Shown: positions 1 through 14,813 of the stretch, piece after piece
How the letters are laid out: the number at the start of each line of letters is the position of its first letter
Position numbering within the stretch: the stretch's first letter is position 1
Source of the DNA: the human T2T-CHM13v2.0 reference genome, Homo sapiens
Length of the DNA: 64,000 nt
Reading direction: 5' to 3'
NCBI GenBank assembly: GCA_009914755.4
Contig: CP068257.2
Coordinates: 18,560,001-18,624,000, forward strand
Notes under the pieces: generated by a model
What the model was told of the DNA's origin: nothing
Databases searched by the model: none
The model's input: the letters and a program-made list of their open reading frames with translations, nothing else
Program-made: the position numbers and the translations under genes

Positions 1-398
1 ATATAATATGTAATTCCATATATATGTATAACATTCTTGAAATGACAAAATCATATAAGAACTGATTAGGGGGTGACAGATTAATGAGGAATGGGAAGGA
101 AGAGTGATTTTAATGGAATTGTTCTCTATCTTGATTGCATTAGGGTCAATACCCTGACTCTGATATGGCATGAAAATTTTGCAAGATGTTACTATTAGGG
201 AAAACTAGGTAAAGGGTAAAAGATGTCTTTTGGTATTTATTTCTTACAACTGCGTGAATCTACAATTATCTCGAATACACTTACGCCTCAATTATCTGGA
301 ACTAAACATTTCAAAATAATGAATGTCACATAATTTCAAAATTTTCTAGAAATTATTATCACTTTTTTCAAGCTTTTAAGTGTGCTCATTCTCTAGAT

Positions 399-413
399 GT
401 CATGTTTTCTTTC
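399..413. repeat. Target-site duplication, left copy, of the L1 at 414-2445 (gtcatgttttctttc)
   Basis: The same 15-mer recurs at 2446-2460, directly after the element. It flanks a poly-T run (the L1 poly-A on the minus strand) on the left and the inverted L1 segment on the right. Confidence 0.85.
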
Positions 414-766
414 TTTTTTTTTTTTTAATGTTTTTTTTTTTATTATACTCTAAGTTTTAGGGTACATGTGCACATTGTGCAGGTTAGTTACATATGTATA
501 CATGTGCCATGCTGGTGCGCTGCACCCACTAACGTGTCATCTAGCATTAGGTATATCTCCCAATGCTATCCCTCCCCCCTCCCCCGACCCCACCACAGTC
601 CCCAGAGTGTGATATTCCCCTTCCTGTGTCCATGTGATCTCATTGTTCAATTCCCACCTATGAGTGAGAATATGCGGTGTTTGGTTTTTTGTTCTTGCGA
701 TAGTTTACTGAGAATGATGGTTTCCAATTTCATCCATGTCCCTACAAAGGACATGAACTCATCATT

Positions 767-2460
<1,694 letters not shown>

Positions 2461-3042
2461 TAAATGATGGTCACTATTGTGGTTTATCCTATCATATTTT
2501 GTACTCCTATAATATATAGATTCTGTTGCTCCTATCATTTAATTAAATGCAGAAAGTTTAGGTCAGATTGATGTGTTTATGTGATTATCCTTGTAAGATC
2601 AATTGCATTCTCATATCTATTTCAATCGTATTTCCAAATTAAATGCAATATTTTGAAAGAGATATTGCATTTTTATTTTTATTAATTTATTTAGCATATT
2701 CTCAATTTAAATTCTCAATTAAATGTGACAAGTTGACAAGTCATCAACTTCTCCAAATGTACATTTGTGTGTTATCTAGATCTGTGAGTATCCTGCTCCC
2801 AAATTTCAGATATTTCAATGTGTGCATTTCTTTAATTTTTGCTGACTTTTTATTTAACATTTGCTCACATTAAGGTTCATTCAAAGTCTTTTTGGCATAA
2901 ATTTTGAATAGGGGCCTTGAGCTGTTGGGAATAAAGAACAACCACTAAAATTGGGCAGAATAACCACGTTTTCATTAAATCAGTTTGTGTAAATAATTCA
3001 GTTATCTAGAACTGAGTGTGCTTCTAGTTTACATCATCAAAT

Positions 3043-3053
3043 AAAAAAAAAAA
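3043..3053. repeat. A11 tract abutting the inverted L1 end
   Basis: An aaaaaaaaaaa run sits immediately 5' of the antisense L1 segment. It is probably the A-rich target site rather than a poly-A tail. Confidence 0.6.
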
Positions 3054-3574
3054 TTCCCCTCTTCTGTCCGGGTGTTCTTGTTTAACTCCCACTTATAAGC
3101 GAAAGCATGTGGTATTTGGTTGGCTGTTCCTGGGTTAGTTTGCTTAGGTTAATGGCCTCCAGCTCTATCCATGTTGCTGCAAAGGACATGATCTCATTCT
3201 CTTTATGGCTGCATATTTCATGTATATCTGTACCACATTTTCTATATCCAGTCTACCACTGATGTACATTTAGGTTGATTCTATGTCTTTGCTATTGTGA
3301 ATAGTGCTACAATGAACATTTGCATGAACGTGTCCTTATGGTAGAATGATTTATATTCCTTTGGGTACATACCCAATAATGGGATTGCAGACACCGGGGC
3401 CTACTTGATGGTAGAGGGTGGGAAGAGGGTGAGGATCAAAAAACCACCCTTTGGGTACCATGCGTATTACCTAGGTTACAAAATAACCTGCACACCAAAC
3501 TCCATGACATGCAGTTGACCTATATAACAAACCTGCACATGTACCTCTGAACCTAAAATAAAAGTTAAAAAAAA
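3054..3574 (+). mobile_element. Older L1 (L1PB/L1MA-like 3' end), 5'-inverted twin-primed insertion, about 520 bp
   Basis: Positions 3054-3388 are the reverse complement of the L1 ORF2 end plus proximal 3'UTR (rc of …IPLLG… through …acagaagaggggaa). Positions 3389-3566 are the sense L1 3'UTR terminus (acaccggggcctac…cctgcacatgtacctctgaacctaaaataaaagtt) with poly-A at 3567-3574. The inverted and direct pieces are adjacent in L1 coordinates. Confidence 0.85.
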
Positions 3575-4220
3575 GTTGGATAACCTTCTTTTGGTAATAT
3601 AATGAAGAAAGTATTCCTTGTTTCAAAAATCACTTATTTGAAGACAATTTGTCTATGATTTGCAATGTTAAAACATAGTGCATCAATATATATAATAAAA
3701 TTGACTCTGTTAACAGCCTACAAATTCATTAAATTTATAAAAACAGTTGAAGTTTAGTGAATGAGAGTAGGTTTTAATTTCAATAACTTTAATAACTCTC
3801 TGTATTATACATACATATATATATGCATACACATATAATTTATGTACTGAAAATATTAGTCAAACTATTTTGAAAATAGGGAAGATAATACTTTAGAGAA
3901 TTCTTCCCTGACTCTTTCCTAAAGCAGTTTTTTTCTACATGTACTTGAAGCTAACTTGTAGTGGATTTGGTATGAAAAATTACATCTTAAATCTTTTCAG
4001 GATTTTCTCTAATCTCATAAACTTGGAAATATAATTGGATAATCTTCAATATTCTGTAATACCACCCTTGTTTTGAAAAAGAAAGCATATTTATTATATA
4101 CCAGGTCTTCCTGTATTCCCGACTGAATGACAAAAAAAAGATTAAAAAATCTAAGTAATACTTAATTGCTTTAGGAATATATATCCCATCATATTTTAGC
4201 ACCATTGGTAGGTGCTAAAA

Positions 4221-4268
4221 CAATAAATAAATAAATAAATAAATAAACAAATAAAAAATAAATAAAAG
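4221..4268. repeat. (AAAT)n microsatellite, about 12 units
   Basis: aaataaataaataaataaataaataaacaaataaaaaataaataaaag. Confidence 0.9.
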
Positions 4269-4284
4269 TAAATTTTAAAAAATG

Positions 4285-4352
4285 TTCCCCTCTTGTGTCC
4301 GGGTGTTCTTGTTGTTTAACTCCCACTTATAAATGAAAGCATGTGGTATTTG
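4285..4352 (-). mobile_element. Isolated 68-bp L1 3'UTR fragment (antisense), paralogous to 3054-3123
   Basis: ttcccctcttgtgtccgggtgttcttgttgtttaactcccacttataaatgaaagcatgtggtatttg is about 93% identical to 3054-3123. It begins at the same L1 position and is also preceded by an A-rich tract. Confidence 0.75.
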
Positions 4353-5835
4353 AAAAAGAGGATTCTGGATTCTCATTGTGTCTCCTTTTCTTAAATGCTT
4401 TGTAAATTTTGGAAAGTTACTTAAAAGCTATAAACTAATGATAAGTTTTGTGTCACCATAGTAACAGTGATGGAAGGTCATACTGTGATGAATTACCTAT
4501 CACAGTTGGTGGGAAGAGATGCTGGAGGTGAACAGACATGTTAGTTTCTTACTTTGCTTCATTTGTCACATAGATATTCAGACATTTCTGGAAATAAACT
4601 TGCCAAGTTTTCTGGTCTATATACATATCACATAGGAGAAAAAAATTTGAATAAACATTTTTTAGTCAGATATTCTACTGAAACTCTTTTCTGCTTATCT
4701 ATTTCCATATGAATATACTATATATGCGTTATAGGATATGAGATAGTCTTTAAAGTTTTTCTCCTTCAGGATAATGAAATGTGAGCAGACATAAAGTGTA
4801 TCACTTCTGGGAAGAAATTTTAATATTCAACATTGTGTTAATCACTTTTCATTTCTTCCAACATGGAGACTGATAGATCCCAAATCGTGGATCTCTGGCT
4901 GCCTGCGTTCCTGAATGCAGCTGGCAAGAAGCAAATAGAGTGCCAAAATTGTGAATAAAAATGTAGCACCGAAAAAAATCTTTCTTGTTCCAGCCACTGA
5001 GATTTGGAGATTATTTGCTACTGGAGCATTATCTGGGTTATCTCGGTAGCTTCTATGTAAGATTCCATGCTAGGCTACATAGAGAAGTCAAAGAATATTA
5101 TGACCTTGGCCTTATTTTCAATTAGTGCTATGCTTCTCTCTTAGGGTAAAATGCTAACAAATCTTTCATTTTATATTTATAAAATAATTTTCCTTCATAC
5201 TTCTTTAAACATTTATAGGCCCTAACTACTTGTACTGACTAGTTAGATATGCTCTTTAGAAATCAAAAAAAAAAAATTTTAAATCACATGACTCGTGATC
5301 TTATACTTTTGAGGATAAATGAAATATACACCAATTCTATCACTAATGAATTTCAAACAGTGAGGGGAAAAAATAAACACTGATAGTTCTAGGAAGTCCA
5401 ATCTATCCCTTACATATTTATGAGTTTTCATGCACTTACTAGTATCTTGCTAGTAAGGTTTCTGTATCACTGTATTTAGAAAAAATTAGACACTTGACCC
5501 TTTGGGCTTCAGATTACCACAATTGCCATTACAGACTGTTAGCCAATATAGCAGCCATAGTAGTTAAGAGATAAATCACAACAGCTATTTCCAATTTCAC
5601 TCTGTCATATAGAGAGCTTGGAGGTTCTTACTCTCATCCTTAAGACCAAAAAAAATAAAGTAGGCAAGCTAAAAACCAACAACTTTTCTTTCATTCGTCA
5701 GTGGCCTTCAGTTGTAGCATAAACCACTACTCTGCAATCTGGAGAGACAGGCAACCAAGCACTGCCTAACTGCAGGAAAAACCACTGGGGGCATGAACTG
5801 GGAGAAGTATTTAAATAGAAATGTTGATGATTTTC

Positions 5836-6482
5836 TGTAGCCTGAGTGTGGATTACAATGAGAGGTGAAGCTGGCTGGACTTCTGGGTAGGTAGGGACTT
5901 GGAGAACTTTTATGTCTAGCTAAAGGATTCTAAACACACCAATCAGCGCTCTGTGTCTAGCTAAAGGTTTGTAAAGGCACCAATCAGTACTCTGTAAAAA
6001 TGCACCAATCAGCGCTCTGTGTCTAGCTAAAGGTTTGTAAACGCACCAATTAGCACTCTGTAAAAACGGAACACTCAGCACTCTGTAAAATGGACCAATC
6101 AGCAGGATGTGGATGGGGCCAAATAAGGGAATAAAAGCTGGCCACCCCAGTCAGCAGAGTCAACCCGCTTGGGTCCCCTTCCACACTGTGGAAGCATTGT
6201 TCTTTCGCTCTTCACAGTAAATCTTGCTACTGCTCACTCTTTGGGTGCACACTACCTTTAAGAGCCGTAACAGTGCGAATGTCTGCAGCTTCACTCTTGA
6301 AATCAGCAAGACCATGAACCCACCGGAAGGAAGAAACTCCGGACACATCTGAACATCTGAAAGAACAAACCCCAGACACACCATCTTTAAGAACTGTAAC
6401 ACTCACCGCGAGGGTCCACAGCTTCATTCTTGAAGTCAGCGAGACCAAGAACCCACTGGAAGGAACCAATTCCAGACACAAC
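5836..6482 (+). mobile_element. Solo LTR of the HERV9 LTR12 family
   Basis: The LTR12 U3 array …gtctagctaaagg(a/t)ttgtaaa(c/g)gcaccaatcag(c/t)(g/a)ctctgt… occurs three times, followed by ggaccaatcagcaggatgtgg…aataaaagc. The R/U5-like portion tcactctttgggtgcacactacctttaagagccgtaacagtgcgaa…gtaacactcaccgcgagggtccacagcttcattcttgaagtcagcgagaccaagaacccac…ccaattccagacaca follows. No internal gag/pol is present. The start coordinate is uncertain (±50 bp). Confidence 0.8.
5915..6113 (+). promoter_or_regulatory. Tandem CCAAT-box (NF-Y-type) repeat array inside the LTR12 U3
   Basis: Six 'caccaatcag' / 'ccaatcag' motifs sit in three degenerate 40-90 bp units. An 'aataaaagc' motif lies downstream at ~6133. 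Confidence 0.7.
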
Positions 6483-6483
6483 A

Positions 6484-7065
6484 AGGCTTATCAGAGTGCA
6501 AGAAAAATCATGGTATGAAGATACAAAGGAAGCACCAGAATCAGACTCGAATATGGTACAGAAGTTGGAGTTATTAGACAGAGAATTTAAAATCACTATG
6601 ATTGATGTTAAGGGTGAACATGAAAAGTTGGACCACTGATAAGAAAAGATTATTAATTGAAGCAGATACCTGAAAACATTAACAAAGAATAAACAGGAAA
6701 TGCTAGAAGTTTAAAAAATATACTGCAAGTCCAAAATTCCTTCAACTGTTTCATCAATAGACCTAACAAACCAAGGAAAAAATTAGTGAGCTTGAGTATA
6801 AGTCATTAGAAACTTTACAAACTGAAATGTGATGATAATAAAAGATAAAAAAGGACCATTCAAAAACTGTAAGACAATATCAAAAGATGTAAGTATATGC
6901 ATAATTTAAATATCAGAAGAAGAGAGGATGGAGAAAACATATTTGAAGTAATAATGGCCAAGAACTTTGCAAAATTAATGACAGACAGTAAACCACATAT
7001 TCATGAATCTCAGAAAACACCAAAACCTTGGCAGCTGTAGTGAGTAGAAAGTCCCATCTCAATGT
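6484..7065 (+). mobile_element. Old L1 (L1PB/L1MA-type) ORF1-region fragment
   Basis: The translation …NMVQKLELLDREFKITMIDVKGEHEKL… and later …EEERGWRKHI.EVIMAKNFAKLMTDSKPHIHESQKTPK… matches L1 ORF1 (…EIFEVIMAENFPKLMTDTKPQIQEAQRTPSRIN…). The sense strand is A-rich. Confidence 0.7.
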
Positions 7066-10000
7066 TGCCTTAACCTTCATGACAGCGAGTACTGCTACAA
7101 TTCTAGTGATCCTTTAAGGAAGAGCCATTCCACTCCCCAAGGATGTAGTAAGGGAAAGCCTCGTGCTAAACTGGTGAGAGTTTCTAAGTTTATAATTTTT
7201 TGGTTTACTCAAATATCTTCTTTCTCATGTTACAAATATGTTACCAGGTGAACTGGTTAGGGTAATTAACCAGTTTTAAATAAAATTTATGGGAGGCCAT
7301 TTTTTTGAACTAGGCCCTAACAGATGAAACTAAACCAGAAGAAAGTCATTTGTGCTAGGTGCCACGTAATCAAACTGAGCTTTAAAACAGACCAGTTTTC
7401 CAAAAAACAGGAGATTCATAGCAACTGATCTAAAGGGGCCCAGTTAACTTGAGCCAGCATGAGAAAGAAGTTCCGCCTGCCTTAACTCTATAGGAAAATA
7501 ACTTTAAAATGGCCAATTCACTTTTCGTTACTTATTTCTGTTTTCTTCAGCTCTTTTCTGCCTACAAAGTCAGCTCAGCTCAATGAAACTCCTTTCTATT
7601 TCATAGATGGGATGATGCCCAAATCGTGAATCACTAATAAAAGCCAATTAGATCTTTAAACACAATTTGTTGCAATTTTGGTTTTTGACACCAGTTAGGG
7701 TCACTACCTCACAAACTTGGAAAACATATTATACTTTATCTACTCAGTGATCAGGGCATGTCACTTATCCATTTATTTCTTCCTTAGTGAGCAGTGGTGT
7801 TCATCCATTCTCTCACAGAAGGTTTCTGGCTCCTGCTTAGTCAGGGGGAGGCTTCACTTAGCAGCCTCCTGCCTCATCACCACCATCACCCATCCACAGA
7901 AAACACACAAACCCGGCACACTTGCCATAGACTTTTTATTAAATTATTTTAAGGTTCAACAATAGGAAGATGAGCATTTTATGTAACCATTACTGCACAA
8001 GGGTGCTCCTCCAGATAAATTTAACTTAAGCTTTTAAAGATAAGCAGCTGGGAACTAATTTTGCATTTATGAGAAAAAAGAAATAAAAAGACATGCCTCA
8101 TTAGGCCACCAAAAATCTTGACTAAGTCACAGTCCATTGATTTGGTCTCCTCAAAACAAACAAGCAAGCAAAACAAAAGCACTTGTCAATCAGTTTTAGC
8201 TCCTTTATGTAAAACGAAAGGAATTACATATTTTAAGAAATCAAAAAGCCTTTAGTGTTGCTGATGTTACTTATAAAATTATCTTTCAAGATTTACAAAA
8301 GCTTTCATCGTAAAAAATCTTTTTCAAAATAGACTTTGGCTCCCTAACCATTATAGTAATAGTAAGGAAACACTCAAGTTTTTAAACATGTCAAAACACG
8401 ACATTTATGGTAGCCTTTATATAACACTGTTTGTGTGAGTCAAGATCTTGTTAAGCATTTCTCAGTTTATTCTCTAGGGTGTACTGGCCAAACTCTAATC
8501 TCATGGAAAGGTAAATATAACTGAAGTATTTGGAGAGTTGAGGGAAAATCTCTTCCCTGAAGGAGCATTTTGTGTGTTTTTAGTCATAAATGCCGAAGGA
8601 TAGGGCCATAAGTTCTTGTCTCAGTTTCTTTAAAGTGTTCTGAATTTGAATTCCATTCTTTTTATTTTCTATCCAGCTCTGGAATGAGAGAGATGGCTAG
8701 TGACCTGACCTTCCAGTATTTGTTTTTTGAACGTAGCTGTAACTACTCTGATTAGTAACATGATATATAGTAAGCTATATATAGCTCTCATTATAGTGAC
8801 TTGCGGGTATCTCCTAATTTTTTAAGTTCTTATCCTTTATTATGTTGGTGCCACATTTGTCCATGCTTAAGGAGTTCCTAACTGAAACGTACTTCCAGGT
8901 ACGGTAGCCGTCATGTGGCAGATTCTCCTCAGATTGTTTTCTGGTATTTCCTGGTATGCCAGGTAGACTTTTACTTTCAGATCTTGGACAAAATTGGCAA
9001 ATCATACTTTTCAACATCATGCCCCAAGAAATGTTATCTGCTATATGGCCAAGATATACCATTGATAGACTCCAGTATCATATTCCTAGGTTAGTTAATT
9101 CCGTATATATTTTCTAAGCATCTATAGTAGCTGTTAGCACTTTAGTCTTAGGGTTACAAAAGTAATTAATATGATCCACTAGGCTCAGGAGTTACAAACG
9201 GATACATTAATTGATAAACAGAAAGTCAGGAAATTGCTACTACAGGACACCAATATTTGGACTCCATCAAATAGTGGATACATACATCACTTTGTAAAGA
9301 TACCAGAAGGAATGTGGAGAATACTCAAACACTGTCTTACTTCTCACTCATGGAAGGTGAGTTCTTAATTTTCGAGTGTCTGACATGAGTTCTTAATTTC
9401 CCATTAATTAAATGGTGATTATATTTAGGTAATGTGGTTAATGGAATACGATGGTTTCTCAGAAGCGTACTAATTCATGGCTCCATAAATAAGCACTCAC
9501 ATCAAAACACACCCGTATACTGTACTCATAAATTCTAAAACAGTGAAGAACTAATTTAAAAAATAACCAACCCAGATGCACAAATATTACCTTAAAAGCA
9601 GATTACCATAGATCACAGGTGACCACCCCTGCCTCCATTAGAGCAAGAGCTATCTAGAATTAATTCCATCAGAATCCCTATTAATAGATTGCTCTGCCAT
9701 GCAATCTATTATATATAATTTGAGACTGCTCTGCAATCTAATATATATATTTCTGTTAAACCAGCTTATTAACTCAAGAAATGTTACATGTATTTACTTT
9801 TCCTCTCCCATATTCTCATCTTCTTGACTGCTTTGTTCTTCTGCTTCCATAAACCAGTCTTCCCTTCCTTCTAAAAGCTACGCCCTGGATACTTTTATAT
9901 TTAATTAAATGTTTGCAAATTCTTGCCTTAAGTATAATGTTACTTTCTCCTGAGGTCACAGCTCCCATTACAGCTTATTAAAATGCAAACTATAAAATAA

Positions 10001-11015
10001 CCCATATGCAGCATGAGAGAAGGCATCATTGTTATATTTGATTTTCCTTCTTTCTAAGGATTAAAAAAATCTGTCGTATCTTCTGAGGCTCATATTTCTT
10101 GCTTTACCCATGTCTATCTACTTTTCCTAATTTCTTTTAACTGTCAAGATGCTTAAAAGTGAGATCAATCTCGATTCATTCTCAATGCCCACTAAAACAG
10201 CTCTCAATTTTCCAACTATTTATGAACAAATTTGTCTGCAAAAACACTACGTGAGCACACAACATTTCATGAATCAAATCTGGACAAATATGCAAAACAC
10301 CCTTTAAACACTACCAAGTACTTGAGTTTACCACCTGTCTTATGAAACATATTTTCCATGTTTGGCATATAACTTTCCATCAAATTGCATATAACCTTCC
10401 ACCCACCATTTCACAGTAAATCAAAAGCTGCAACCATTTCAATGTCCACTTCTACAAGGAAACTTCAGGTCTTTTCTGAGATAATGTGACATATTTCTTG
10501 TAGTGTTGATGCCTTTCTTACCATTTGACATATGTAATCCTGTGCTACTGTCTTTATTATTATTTTTAAATATGTCCCTAACAAAGCTTTGGAGTGTTGT
10601 GCCCTTACTTCCAACTTTTTGTAAGCCCTGTGGCTTCTATTATTTGAATTTACATAATACAATTACATAGCGATTTGTAAGAAAGCATGTACTATATTAT
10701 AGCAGAAATGACTATATCTCCACTGGCAAAATTTTCTAAAAAATGGAGCTACTATACTAAGATGTTTTGGAGGGAATAAGTTATATGACCACATGTTTCC
10801 AACATTCAGTCTCACATTGGAAATGTCTGTTAAATTAAAATCATCGCCTTTTCCTCTATGTCAACTATCTCTTCTGTTCTCAGAGGTTAATTTTTCAATA
10901 TTTATCTGTACTTTCAAATTTCATCTAGAAAATTGAGTAAATTTGAGATAATAAGCTTTAGTGGTAGTCAAAACAAGAAAGCATACCAGGTTTTTTTTTT
11001 TTTTAGATTAGTGGC

Positions 11016-11048
11016 AAATATGCAAACAAACAAACAAACAAACAAAAA
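11016..11048. repeat. (CAAA)n microsatellite preceded by a poly-T run
   Basis: caaacaaacaaacaaacaaacaaaaaaa. Confidence 0.9.
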
Positions 11049-11163
11049 AACATGGAACTTGACTATGGAAGAGGATTCATAACATTAACTAGAAAAACCT
11101 TTACCATTCTGGCTTTGAGGATGGGATAAATAATTTTACCATTAATCCATATATACAACATAA

Positions 11164-11485
<322 letters not shown>

Positions 11486-14400
11486 GCTTTTTGAAAATTT
11501 TGATAAATATAGTTTTATTGAGTTTGAGGGGCATGTATATTAGCAGACAGAAAAATACGGAGATTGAAAGAAGAACTAAGAGAAAATTAGTTTGTTCACT
11601 TGATAATTGGCTTTAGTATTGGAGATGTATAAACACTGTGGGAAAGACATAAACCAATGTGGAGGAAAACTAAGGAATCAAGAAAAAAAGTCAAATCTAC
11701 AAAGGAACAAATTCTTTCAACAATCATAACTGAGTTTAATCCAGATAAATGATTAGATGGGTAGGATACGAGGCACTCCCACCGACTGGAATGTGGGGCA
11801 ACGAAGAAGCAGGTACAATTGCAGGTGGCAGAGAGAGTCCAAAGCTGTTCTAGGCTGATACAGTCTCTTTTTCTAAATTTAAGTAATTTCTAATTGATCA
11901 CCTTCCAGAAGAAGTGTCTGCTGTTTCCTTCCACAAACAAACAAACAAACAGAACATAGAGCTCTTACTTAATCCCTAATTGCAACCTTCAGAAGTCAGT
12001 CAAGCAACACATTTGTACATGCCGGGGAGTCGGGGTGGGGTGTATGTGTGTGTATAAATTTTCATCCACAGCCTCACAATTCCTGAATTGGTGTGAGAAA
12101 CAGTCATCACCTGGTTAAAGGAAAACAAACCACGAAGAGCAATTTTAAACAACTGCCAGGATGGCCAATCATTTTTTTCAATATTTTATTTTTATAACGT
12201 TAAAAAAAATTCACAAGCTTCTCAAAGAATGAAGATATGTAGTGCTACCTCATGGTCATGCCTTTATTCTTTCTCTCCTATACCCATAATCCCTATTTCT
12301 GTAATGTGAGATATCAAGTAAAATATTTAGGAAGAGTATGGGATCTCCTTACAATATCTGCTTATAAAGAAATAGCACTTTATTACCAATGTGAATCTTG
12401 GACTGGGATGTAATTTTTTTTGATGGTCAACACTTTTGTGTTCCTGACTAACATCATGTTGTGAAAATAATTGTTTCAATGATTCTAGAAAATGTCTACT
12501 TTTTTATCTCAGCTTGTGTAAAATTAAAGACAAACTCTTTAAAGCTATACAATCATTTATTTAAGCAAAATATTTTATAGCTATATATCATATGCTTATT
12601 TCTTTTGGAAGGAAATAAAAATGAATAATTAATTAACGTAACAAATGCTGCTAACACTTATGAATAGTATTACTACTTCCCGATGAGAAAGAATTGTATA
12701 AGGGTCCCTGTGTAATATTTTAGCTAGTCCAGGCCAGAATTGTCCTTCTAAGAAAACTTACATTTCCCATCTTTGACATAATTATAAAACTTACCAAATG
12801 TTTATTTCTTATGGCAAGCATTTTGGGGGAGCCAAGAAAGCAATTTGCTAGACAATGATGACAAAATAAAGAAATAGCAGGCTCCTAAGCAAGAGTGCCA
12901 ATGAACAAATGATTTTATTATATTTTATTTATTATATTTTATTATATTTCTCTGGTTGAAATTCTAGATTAAGGATACACAGTGCCTATGAAAGACAAAA
13001 TTATATAGCTGAGGGCATGTGATAAATACAGTTAAGGACTGGATTCTACTGACGAAAAGAATGTACAAAGTAATTGTGAATTAGGTTTATTTGATTCACT
13101 AATTTTTTCCACTTTACTACCTATGTGTGCTGAAATGAAATCAGATGAGAGAAGTAAAATCTAAACTGATGAAAAATGCTTTTCATGCTTTAATACTCTA
13201 CAAAATCATAAGTTTCTATCAAGCTTATGCATAGGTTGTGACACTTTTTTTAGCAAAAATTTTCCACTTGAATACAAAGTTAAGAATTACAATGCCATGA
13301 TCTCACAAGAAGAAAGTAAAAATGTTGGAAAAAGGTAGATTCCAATATTAATCGAGACTTAGAGGGTATTCTCAAAAATATTTTTAAATATATATATTTA
13401 AAATAACAAAAAAGTAATAATATACACAAATACTTAAAATATGTATTTAAAATAAACAGCATATTAATTTCACTGAAGTATTATCGATTGAAAAACCTAA
13501 CCAGTTACATTTTTAGTTTTTACAACGATGTTAATCATTGTATAAAAACAGATAAAGACATTCAAGTATTATATATATGGCACATTAGGTGACAATTTGA
13601 AAGGGTTAGATATAAATTAAATATTTAAATAACATATATAATTACTACTTTTCTCTAGTAATTTAAATAACAACTGGTATTTATTCAGCACCTACACATG
13701 TATTACTATTATTATGGAGTACAAAAAAAGCATAAGATGTATTTCCACCAATAAAAGTACATAAAACAGTTGAAAATAGCAGCATTATATACTGATTCAG
13801 GCATTTAGAGACAAGCTGAATATATGAAAACATACTAGATGCATATAATTCTTTATTTAAAAAAAATTCTAGAACAATATTGAAACAGCCTCATTTTCTG
13901 AGGTATTACCTGGAGTTATTTGAGAATAAGGAATGTGGACACCAAGGGTGAGGTGGGAACAAAGGCTTAATAAGCTAAAGAGAAAATCTCTCCACAGTGG
14001 ACAGAAGGCCTGAAAGAGGGTTGCCAGCTGTGAAGCTGAGTCTGGGGTTTTTATGGACCGGAAGGGGAGGAATGGGCTGACCGGTCTGTAGGCTATCTTG
14101 GAGAAGGCACCACTTAGAAAGAGGTATAATAGTGTAAAGAACCAACTGGAAGTAGAAGTGAAGGCTTGGCCTGGGACCAATTGAAGGTAGAAGTGAAGGC
14201 TTGGCTGGGACCAATCAGGGGCTGAAGTGATGATTTACTCTGTTAATGAAGACTTAGCCCACAGCCAATTATAGAAAGGTAGGCATACGTAAAATAGGTG
14301 AAAAGTAAAAGACCAATAGGTGAAAAGTAAGAGAGTAAGACATGCCAAGGGGAAAGAAATGTGTCCAAAAAGGGGTGGAATTTGTTCATCTGGGTTCATA

Positions 14401-14754
14401 GAGTAAGTGTTTCCATTCAAGGATGCAGGGTCTTTCTTATCTGGGACCTGAAGTTTGATTATCAAGCTGTTCTTGGTTTGAAGGAGTTATACCAAGGACC
14501 TGTCCTAACTACCTGCCTGACAGGTTTCTTCCTCCTCTGTCAGTATGAGTTATATTGAGTAGTGATATAATGAGAGTACTAGAGCTAGGGTCTTGCTGAA
14601 AATGATGTATAATAACAGTAGTGTGAAAATAAGATCAAGTAGAGACAATGATATTTTGTTATCCACAGACTAATTCCTATGCCATATCACCAGTTATGAT
14701 TAAACAAAAGCTGATTTTTAAAAGTGAATTAAATAAAATAGAAACTTATATCTC

Positions 14755-14780
14755 TGAAATATATATGTGTATATATATAA

Positions 14781-14813
<33 letters not shown>

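Noticed and set aside
3043-3053. The A11 tract as the poly-A tail of a separate plus-strand retroelement ending at 3053.
   Set aside because: Nothing upstream (2900-3042) resembles a SINE/LINE 3' end. The tract is better explained as A-rich target DNA at the second-priming side of the twin-primed L1.
5836-7065. The LTR12 as part of a complete HERV9 provirus.
   Set aside because: No gag/pol/env-like ORFs or second LTR follow. The downstream sequence is an L1 ORF1 fragment, so this is a solo LTR.
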